Positions 11,243-20,721 of a DNA stretch of 64,000 bases are shown piece by piece. The position numbers were made by a program, and so were the translations under genes. Numbering within the stretch: the stretch's first letter is position 1; every line of letters starts with the position of its first letter. Source of the DNA: Macrostomum hystrix (taxonomy: Eukaryota; Animalia; Platyhelminthes); assembly GCA_950097015.1 (NCBI GenBank), contig CATNEN010000001.1, positions 14,880,001 through 14,944,000 on the forward strand. The letters run 5' to 3'. The notes beneath the pieces are model-generated. The model saw only the letters and a list, made by a program, of their open reading frames with translations. It searched no databases and had not been told where the DNA came from.

Positions 11243-13275
11243 CTCTGATTAAAAAAATCGTTAGCTTACTCCAGATTTTCGAGATGCTGTTCATCAGCAA
11301 TTAAGGTATAGACCTGATTAACTTTTCATACATTTAAAGCGCTTGACATTTTGTCTCCTACTGACTGGGTGCCTTGGACGAAACGATGACTACTTAAAAA
11401 GAGGACTACGAGGACTACGTGTCTTCTTAAGTAGTCCTCAGGACGAAGATTGAGGTGCACGTGGGCACGTGGGCCTAGAATGACGATGCCTTTTTTATGC
11501 GAGGGATACAAAACTGAAGCAACAGGAAGCATATAATGTGATTGCGAACCTAAAAATATTTTTATCTGGTTCGATTTACGCAATTCAGACCCATAAGGTC
11601 TTGTTAGATTTACTTCGTGGTGCTGAGACATACGTCTCGTAATAACACAATTGGAGCCGCCCTTTTTGAGTTACGCTGTATGCATCTATCATAATAAAGT
11701 ATCAATTTAAAATAAGACATTTTAAATTTATTTTTATCGATACAGGTAAAAAAATTATTAAAGGATGCAAGCTCACGATGGTGTAAATAGTTTTGTTTAA
11801 ATATGTTTTATGACAAACAGACCCCAACGACAAAATTCTTATTTTCTTCTATTTTTAGAACACATGATGATTTAGTTGAGCTTGAGCGGCGTACTTGATT
11901 CGTATTCGCTCATTTGTTCGGCAACAACAAATAAGACGAGATGATTTAATTATGTTCCTATGATCTTGTAATATTTGTTATTAAATAATTTTTTTACTAA
12001 GTTTCCTTTGATGCGTTAATAATTCGCTTTATATTAATTTAGCTGGTACCTTTGCTTCCATTCCAGGGTGATATCATGCTGATTGGATAGGCAGATAGTT
12101 GACGATACTGATTGAATTGTCGTAGATTCAGACCTAGGTCTGGTTTTTATTGCATGGGTAAATACGTAAAAACTTTTTTTAGTTTTAGGCCTATTTTCTA
12201 AAGCTTTGTTTTTAGACCTTGTTGTAAGTGTTTGGCAGAATCAGATCAATCAATTCAATTGGAAGTTTGAATCAACTCACATCTCACATAAGCATGGTTT
12301 AGAATTTTGTACTTGGCCTTTAAGCAGTTGAACTTCTTAATTACTGTTTGTTTTTTTGTACAGAGAATTTTTGATGCAATTAAATTTTTATGGAAAGCAG
12401 CAAAAAATTTGTTACAAAAATGAATCCAATACTTTGCTAAATGTGGGCTATCTTAGTCATATGCATTTAAATAGGTTCCCCAACAGAAAATTTCTGACAG
12501 AAAAGAGCCATTCACTTGAAACAAAAGCACAAACTCTTAAGCCAATTGTTAGACTCTGACCAAGTCCAAAAAGCCAAACACATGAATTTTTTTGCCAATG
12601 TCCTAGTTGAAAACTCTTGTTTGGGTAGAGTAGAGTTAGTGCTACACTAGAGGTAGGAGTCAAAAGGGTTGTCACTGGCCATCTGCCAACCTCTATGACC
12701 TTGGCATCAACTTATTGCTATCTGGTGCTACTTACTGTTAGTGGATTCTGAGTCAACTATGTGTTTGTTCATATAGGCCCTACAGTCAGGCAGTCAGCAT
12801 GTCACCTGTCTGATGACTTTTTTGCTTATACCTCAGTGTGTTCCTCTCTAAGAAAAGAGTTTTAGCAATTTTCTGTATTGGCTGACCTTATGACCTATTA
12901 CTATGCTGTGTAATACTATTTATCAAGTACTATGACCTATTTTACTGCTTTAGTAAACTTGCTTTTGGTTGCTTACAATTTGGGGTCAAAATAATCTAGT
13001 GTGAGAAACAAAGAAATTGCCAAAATTTATATAGTTGTAAACCTTAAAAATGTTGAGCTAAGTTTAGCATCAAAATCATACAAACTCTTGACTTAACAAT
13101 TTGTGATTTTTGTTTATTTTTTTTAAGAAAATGGTAATCAAAATATGTGTTTTAAGAATAAGGAACCCATAATCCATATATGACAAACTCACTAGTTTAT
13201 ACCATTGAATAGTTGAACTTTAAATCAACAATAAGGTCTGTTTTTATATAGTTCTAGTCATAGGCTCTGAATATG

Positions 13276-13431
13276 CATGATTGCAGCTTATTTTATATTA
13301 TTATATATTTTCTGGAGTTGTTGAAAGCATTAAAGTAATATATATATATATACATGATTGCAGCTTATTTTATATTATTATATATTTTCTGGAGTTGTTG
13401 AAAGCATTAAAGTAATATATATATATATATA
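13276..13431. repeat. 77-79 bp direct tandem duplication next to the Helitron 3' end
   Basis: catgattgcagctta...aaagtaa(ta)n occurs at 13276-13352 and again at 13353-13431. Confidence 0.9.
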
Positions 13432-13668
13432 CTAGCTTTTCTTGCCCGTTGTTTTTGGGGCAGAAATTTAAAGCAAAGCAGTAAGCAATTCACGTCTCTG
13501 TATTAACTTTATAGTGAAGGTCACCATTTATTTATTTACTGCATTAATGAAAAGTGAAGAGTTTGTTTAAGGGCGTTTTAAGTAAAAAATAAGTGAAAAG
13601 TTTGTCCAAACAGCCCCCTCTTGATTACTTCTTTAGAAACATGTCTCTTAGCCACTCCTCTATACAGT

Positions 13669-13940
13669 CAGTGGCAGATCCAGGAATTTTGTTTTGGGGT
13701 GGTCTGTCAGGGGAGCGCCATGAGAATCACAGAGGGGGTGCCAGCGGCCGAAAAAGGGCGCCAGGAGCCAAGAAAGGGCGCCAGCGGCTGAAAAACGGGA
13801 GCCAGCGGCTGAAAAAGGGGCGCCAGCGGCCGAAAAGGGGCGCCATTGCTGCGACTGGCGCCCCTGGTGGGGGCATCTTATTCCCATGATTAAAATTTAG
13901 GGGGGCGACTGCCCCCCCGCCCCCCCCAAATCTGCCTCTG
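13669..13940. mobile_element. hAT-type MITE nested in the Helitron 3' region
   Basis: TIR CAGTGGCAGAT / ATCTGCCTCTG. Perfect 8 bp TSD tatacagt at 13661-13668 and 13941-13948. Internal GC-rich repeats ggcgccagcggc. Confidence 0.9.
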
Positions 13941-14092
13941 TATACAGTATGCATGTACACGCGTATACATAAGGAAAATAGCCATGGCATAACAATAACA
14001 ATGTCAAAGAAACAAAATTAAACTGTTTCAGAGTTCAGAGTTAGACAGGTCAAGGTCAATTCGTGACTACTTTTCTATTAATTGCTTGCGAG

Positions 14093-14740
14093 TCACCTCA
14101 AGGCCTGGGGATACACCACATTCTTCGTTCTTCCCCTTGGTGCGAAAATGAATAGGCCAGCTGGAGTTCCAACACGGGAGCAGGCGACATAAAGCTGCCC
14201 ATGCGAGAAGCAAGGAGTCTCCAGGTTGATGCCAGCCACCTTCAGCGACTGTCCCTGAGCCTTGTTAATAGTCATCGCAAAGCACACTCTCACAGGGAAC
14301 TGCAGTCGCTTGAACTGAAATGGCAGGTCCGTGGGGATAATTGGAATCCGGGGAACGAACACAGACTCTCCTCTGCCAGATCCAGTCATTATCGTGGCCT
14401 CAATCACGTGTGGGAAGAGCCGCCTGACTATCAGTCTGGTGCCGTTACACAGCCTTGGCGCATTCAGGTTGCGGAGGAGCATAATTGGTGCCCCAACTTT
14501 CAGCTGCAAGTTGTGCGATGGAGTTCCAGGAGGATCAGAAACTCAACAGGATACTCCACAGCGGTGTCATCAGTCAACGTTGTATCAATTGACTTGTAGG
14601 TGAAAACTGCACCTGGCAACTCCTGAAGCAGTTGGTAGTTAATTTCGTTGGCGGCATCATTTCTAGGACACAGAATTGCCCTCTCTGACAGCCAGTCAAC
14701 GTCAGCATATCGAACCATCAGGTTCGGGTAAACTTTTGCC
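14093..14740 (-). pseudogene. Helitron RepHel C-terminal Pif1-like helicase fragment (frameshifted, 5' truncated)
   Basis: WLSERAILCPRN...YPVEFL, a frameshift, then [54 protein letters not shown]. Confidence 0.93.
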
Positions 14741-15495
14741 TTGAGCTTTTTTGACGATTTTTGAGCAGTTTTTTGCACTTATAAGCAGGAAGGAAATGAT
14801 TTTTCGGGAATTTGAGTAGCCTATTGCACTCAGCGTAGGTGGTTTTAGGTATGTGCAAGGTTTGGTGCGATTTGGTTGATTTGTTTCGGCGTCTATAAAG
14901 ACAAAAGACAGACACTGGGACGCCACCGCACTCACCGCACTCAGTCTCAGTGCTGCTTGGGGGCCAGTAGACAGTCTAGGGGTTTGGGCTGTGTACATTC
15001 ACGGCTTGAAATACAATGTACAGTCTGGGGCTTCGGCGCCCGGGGAAGGGAGGGGGTGGCTGTAATAAAATTTGGCCCGCAGAGTGGCGGAGGGGAGTTG
15101 GGGTGGCTGTCCTCGGAAAACAAAAAGTGACTCACTTTGAGATGATGCAGCTTTGCTCTGGATTGAGTAGAGATGTTCAAAATTGACAGCATTGTTGGAA
15201 AACATGTAAAGTGTAAGTGGATCAAATTTGGAGAAAATCTGACAAAGTGGGGCGACGATATGTCGAATTGAGTGATTTTTTGACGATTTTTGAGCAGTTT
15301 TTTGCACTTTTGAGCAGGAAGGAAATGATTTTTCGGGAATTTGAGTAGCCTATTGCACTCAGCGTAGGTGGTTTTAGGTATGTGCAAAGTTTGGTGCGAT
15401 TTGGTTGAGCGGTTTCGGCGTCTATAAAGACAAAAGGTTGCACACACACACACACACACACACACAGACAGAGTTTTCACTTTTATATATATAGA

Positions 15496-18240
15496 CTAGC
15501 TTTTTTTTGCCCGTTGTTTTTGGGGCAGAAATTTAAAGCAAAGCAGTAAGCAATTCACGTCTCTGTATTAACTTTATAGTGAAGGTCACCATTTATTTAT
15601 TTACTGCATTAATGAAAAGTGAAGAGTTTGTTTAAGTGCGTTTTAAGTAAAAAATAAGTGAAAAGTTTGTCCAAACAGCCCCCTCTTGATTACTTCTTTA
15701 GAAACATGTCTCTTAGCCACTCCTCTATACAGTCAGTGGCAGATCCAGGAAGCTTCCTTCTCGGACCATTAGCCTAAAGGCATAGAAGTCCATTGCTGAC
15801 ACATTCTTTGTCGCCGATGGGTTTCCAGTGCGAATGTCAATTTGCCTGATGTTGATGTGGTACCCATCCTCTCCGTCCCAGAAAATAAGCGGATACTGCA
15901 ATGTATCATAGGCTTTGTGCAGCTCAGAAATCCTTTGCAACTGATTGCTTCGCAGCTGCAGAACAATGTCTCGCTTCTCAAATTCCTGCCCAACAATTTG
16001 AATTGCGACATCGTTAACAACTGGTGCGTTATATCTCCTCTCATGCTGGCCTGCAGGCCGTTTATCAGCACGAATGACTACTCTGTGCTCCTCTATGTCC
16101 CGTGGCAACCTCTCCATGGCAGTTTTAAATTGACGAACATAATTATTTTTCTCGTGCAGGACTTCCTGTAACTCAAATACAATGTTGGCACGCACTCCTG
16201 GAGCGATTCTACATCGGCGCTCAACCTGCTCTTGATGATCTCCCATGAAGTAGATCTGCTGGAACTTTGGCTCCTCTCCAGGCAGTGGTAGCAATGATCC
16301 TGTCATGGTACACCTGACCTTGGACTTTGAATGCAGGCATGAACCCTGGCTCACGGACAATACTTTTAGCTCCAAAAGAAGTCATTTGAAAGCAGCTGTT
16401 GTAGCACCGGATATTAGACAGAAAGTGCTCAGATTCTTCTGTCTCACCCAGCAACAGATGCCGAAGGCATGGTGGCAGGTTCTCGTTCAAAGGTTCAAGT
16501 ATGACCTTTCCGTTGGAACAGCACATGCCTGGAGTTTCGTTGGCCCATCTTAATGCATTGCAGCGTGCGCATTTGACCAACATTCTCGCCATCGCAAGTT
16601 TAGGATGGACACCATAGACAACAGTGGGATCATAACTCAGAGCCGCATTCAGTGCCCAAGGACGTGGGCCAGCTGGCTGATCAGGTTCGTCAACGTTGGG
16701 GTTTGTTGGGGCCGGGGGTGGTCCAACAAATTGGAAGGTCTCAGCGCGTTCCCTATGCCGCTCTCGATCATCCTGCCGACGCACTTCAGCCTGGTTGGCT
16801 GTTTCATTGCGACGGGCCTCGGCAGTCCGGTCTCTGTCCAGTTCTTGGCGCTGCTGTGTCTGGACTGCAGTCTCATTGCGACGGGCCTCGGCAGTCCGGT
16901 CTCTGTCCAGTTCTTGGCGCTGCTGTGTCTGGACTGCAGTCTCATTGCGACGGGCCTCGGCAGTCCGGTCTCTGTTCTGTTCTTGGCGCTGCTGTGTCTG
17001 GACTGCAGTCTCATTGCGACGGGCCTCGGCAGTCCGGTCTCTGTTCTGTTCTTGGCGCTGCTGTGTCTGGACTGCAGTCTCATTGCGATGGGCCTCGGCA
17101 GTCCGGTCTCTGTTCTGTTCTTGGCGCTGCTGTGTCTGGACTGCAGTCTCATTGCGACGGGCCTCGGCAGTCCGGTCTCTGTTCTGTTCTTGGCGCTGCT
17201 GTGTCTGGACTGCAGTCTCATTGCGACGGGCCTCGGCAGTCCGGTCTCTGTTCTGTTCTTGGCGCTGCTGTGTCTGGACTGCAGTCTCATTGCGACGGGC
17301 CTCGGCAGTTCGCTCTCTGTTAAGCTCTCGTCGCCTATCTACGTCTCTGCCGTGACTGGCTGTAGAACTTATTGCAGCTCCAGCACTGCTTCCACTGGTG
17401 CCTGATGTCTGTGCTCTTGTCCGAGGTCGAAGGTTATAGGGCTGGACTGGCTCAGCTTCATTTTCACTTGAAGCTGCTTGTGGCTGTGCTGAGGTGCTTG
17501 GTCTAGGTACTGCTGTTGTTGCGCCGTCTTCTACTGCATCGTTTGGCCTTGCTGTTGCTCGTCGAGCTGCTTTAGTCAAGCGACTTAAAAAACTTTTCTT
17601 AGGTGGCATCTGAAAGTTAGAAGTAGTCCGAATGACAGGGGACCTGTGTTGAAAAATCTTTCTCTTATCTTCAGTGGGAAAGGCTAAGCCTCTATTTTAG
17701 CAAAGCACTGTACGCCAGCCTCTCTCTTTCTTCTATCCCAGGCTGGCTGTAGAGAAATATCGACTGGAGAGACAGTCTAGGGGTTTGGGCTGTGTACATT
17801 CACGGCTTGAAATACAATGTACAGTCTGGGGCTTCGGCGCCCGGGGAAGGGAGGGGGTGGCTGTAATAAAATTTGGCCCGCAGAGTGGCGGAGGGGAGTT
17901 GGGGTGGCTGTCTTCGGAAAACAAAAAGTGACTCACTTTGAGATGATGCAGCTTTGCTCTGGATTGAGTAGAGATGTTCAAAATTGACAGCATTATTGGA
18001 AAACATGTAAAGTGTAAGTGGATCAAATTTGGAGAAAATCTGACAAAGTGGGGCGACGATATGTCGAATTGAGTGATTTTTTGACGATTTTTGAGCAGTT
18101 TTTTGCACTTTTGAGCAGGAAGGAAATGATTTTTCGGGAATTTGAGTAGCCTATTGCACTCAGCGTAGGTGGTTTTAGGTATGTGCAAAGTTTGGTGCGA
18201 TTTGGTTGAGCGGTTTCGGCGTCTATAAAGACAAAAGGTT

Positions 18241-18275
<35 letters not shown>

Positions 18276-18312
18276 GACAGACAGACAGAGTTTTCACTTT
18301 TATATATATAGA
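15496..18312 (-). mobile_element. Helitron copy B (deleted; retains the N-terminal half of RepHel)
   Basis: A|TCTATATATATAAAA 5' end at 18312. 3' hairpin and CTAG at 15496, directly abutting the TC of copy A. Terminal regions are near-identical to copy A. Confidence 0.95.
15752..17609 (-). pseudogene. Helitron RepHel N-terminal fragment: 23-aa STPR-like repeats, zinc finger, pre-Rep region
   Basis: ATG at 17609 is preceded by ctaactttcag. About 8 copies of RRNETAVQTQQRQEQNRDRTAEA (69 bp). Zinc finger CARCNALRWANETPGMCCSNGKV. FKVQGQVYH / GSLLP is broken by a frameshift near 16305. YDTLQYPLIFWDGEDGY present. Ends at a deletion junction at 15751. Confidence 0.92.
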
Positions 18313-19044
18313 TTAGTATACATCAGTATAAAAAATAAATACCAACCGTCTTATAATATCAATAGTAACAGGCCCTAATAATAATGTTAGCAGAAAGGCA
18401 AGAGGCAATGTTATATTATGAGGTGATACTAGCAAGCAAGGAGGCAATTCTGCCCATTTTGTATACTCCTAAGCATAGGCTCATGAATAGCATTTAGGCA
18501 TATACTCACAAAGTTGTAGTTGTTGCCCTGACTTTGGTATTGTTAAGCAATGTACACTTTTACTATGGCTTGTAGGTTGGCCCTCAAAGGCATAAATTGC
18601 ACAACAAATCCCTAAGCATTTTATCTTTGGCTATGCCCAAAAACCAGCTTTGTTGCAAAATCAAGCTAAGTGACCTTGGCTGATTCTGCAAAATGCCTCC
18701 TTTAGGTGTTGTTTAGTCTCTCCTATATTAATGTGTATATATATGCTTCTGTTGTAAACTTCATTAATGAGTAAAACTGGTTTGCAAAAACTGTTTAGCC
18801 ATAATTAAATTTAAAAAAATCTAACATCGTGAACTAGGAAATTGCCAATTGCAACTAGATGCACAATAATATTTAAAGATAGTTCAGTGTAGCTAATATT
18901 AGTTAGTACCTATTTGTCCTTATCTTTTTGGTCAATGAAAAGTTATAAGCAATGTCATGAAACAACTAGACTGTAGACCACAATAGGCCATAAAATTTTG
19001 GACTGCAATTGACCATTTACAAGTAGATAGATATTTGTGTAAAG

Positions 19045-19530
19045 GGTCCCAGGTCATTTCGGTGACAAGATATTTCGGTGACAGTCATTTCGGCGACAAC
19101 TTAAGTCATTTCAGTGACACAATTGGTCAGATTGGTGACAACTATTTTTGCACCTAAATATGCTAAAAAACTGCCTTCCATTTAACTATGCACACTTATA
19201 AAGTATTAATTAAATAATGCTATAAGTATTAATCAGAAGCTGCATTGCTCTGATTAAGTCTGGGTTTTACTTTTAATGAGTTAAATTATTAAATTATTTA
19301 ATGAGTAGTCAATAGTTTCAATTGTTATTCGTTCCTAATTAAATGTGTATAATAATCATTTTTCAAGTTTTGGATTGACAAGGCGAGTGCAGGCTTTAAG
19401 CAGCTGCTAGATCGTGGAAGGCTGTTTTCTCGGCATATTTAGGTGCAAAAATAGTTGTCACCAAACTGACAAATTCTGTCACCAAAATGACTGTCACCGA
19501 AATGTCTTGTCACCGAAATGACCTGGGACC
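19045..19530. mobile_element. MITE with long TIRs (GG termini, 8 bp TSD; Merlin/MULE-like)
   Basis: GGTCCCAGGTCATTTCGGTGACAAGA... / ...TCTTGTCACCGAAATGACCTGGGACC with ~110 bp imperfect inverted arms carrying ggtgaca repeats. Flanks gtgtaaag / gtataaag. Confidence 0.85.
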
Positions 19531-19853
19531 GTATAAAGCCAGTAGAATCTAATGCTAGTATGTTAAATAGTTATACTTCAGTGCAAGGAAGACAATTGTT
19601 GTTTCAGTTCACCCATATATAAAATATGAACCAGCAGTATCTGTAGTCCCCAGTCCACAGACTGACTAGCTGTACACCAGCTTTTAGAAGTGCCACACAG
19701 TTGTACTTGCATGGTTAACATGTAAACTACTCAATATATTGCTATACTACTTAGTTGATATTCCCTGCAATGCAATACAAAAACTTCAATGAAATTCTTT
19801 CCTTGTTAAAATAATCTAATTATAATTGTGTAAATAAAACTTTCAAATTGCAG

Positions 19854-20174
19854 TTGTTCTACAGCTTCTTCAAGACCCTAGTGGGCAAGGATGTGGTTGT
19901 GGAGCTCAAAAACGATTTGAGCATCTGCGGCACACTGCAATCTGTAGATCAATATCTCAACATCAATCTGAATGACATCAGTGTCACAGATCCCAACAAA
20001 TATCCGCACATGATGTCCATGAAGAATTGCTTTATTCGCGGCTCTGTTGTGCGCTACGTTCAACTGCCAGCTGACGAATGTGACACCGTTGAACTGCAGA
20101 ATGCCGCTAGGAAGGAGGCCATGCAGAGCAAATCCGCTGCGGCCACCGCAGCCGGCGCTGTCGGAGCTCACTGA
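19854..20174 (+). CDS. LSM2: U6 snRNA-associated Sm-like protein LSm2 (initiator Met not in this exon)
   Basis: LFYSFFKTLVGKDVVVELKNDLSICGTLQSVDQYLNI..KYPHM..KNCFIRGSVVRYVQLP. The exon starts at codon 2, directly after the acceptor ttgcag. Confidence 0.96.
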   Translation: MFYSFFKTLVGKDVVVELKNDLSICGTLQSVDQYLNINLNDISVTDPNKYPHMMSMKNCFIRGSVVRYVQLPADECDTVELQNAARKEAMQSKSAAATAAGAVGAH

Positions 20175-20721
20175 TTCGGTCGTAGTTTTTTGTTCTAAAA
20201 AGGGCCGTTTTAGCCAGGTTTTGTAGTTCATAATTAGTTAATCAATCATGTAAAAAATAATTTAACTGTCATAAGTTTCACTAACAAAACGTGTTATTAA
20301 CAGCTTAGCAACACAGCTTAATATTATATTCGTAGTTTGTTAATGTATTCAAAGATTTATTAAAATAATGTTCAAGTTTTGCCTGGAACCGATTTGCCGA
20401 TCGCAGTAAGCGCTGAGAGAAAAGCATTTAAATGCAAGCCATAATTAATATGTTGCTTTATAAAAAAATAAATAAAAAAAATAAACCAACGTTAATTTGT
20501 TGCAAACGATCTTCAATCTGATCTTTTTTTCTAATACTATTTATCGCTCCTTATATATTAAGCTTATTGATCAGTCACAGCACAAGCAGTGCCTAAATAC
20601 ATGAACAATATACATTTCAGCATTCTGACATTGCGACTTATTCGCCTTTTCACGCGCAGCCTGCACTACTTTAAGTAAACTGAAGGCGTCTAATCAGTTC
20701 AGTAGCATTTGATCTGATGCA

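Larger units (their letters stand above)
13432..15495 (-). mobile_element. Helitron copy A (deleted; retains the C-terminal Pif1 helicase segment)
   Basis: Minus-strand 5' end TCTATATATATAAAA at 15495. 3' gccc...gggc hairpin followed by CTAG|T at 13432. Subterminal (TG)n. Part of the 5' subterminal region is duplicated internally at ~14745-14912. Confidence 0.95.

Noticed and set aside
12144-12162. tttattgcatg-ggtaaat resembling a flatworm spliced-leader 3' end
   Set aside because: Only ~11 nt match from memory, ATG is not directly followed by GT, and the upstream leader sequence is absent.
14947-18268. Duplicated 102 and 177 aa ORFs in the Helitron 5' regions
   Set aside because: They start in (TG)n microsatellite and have no domain; they recur only because the element is duplicated.
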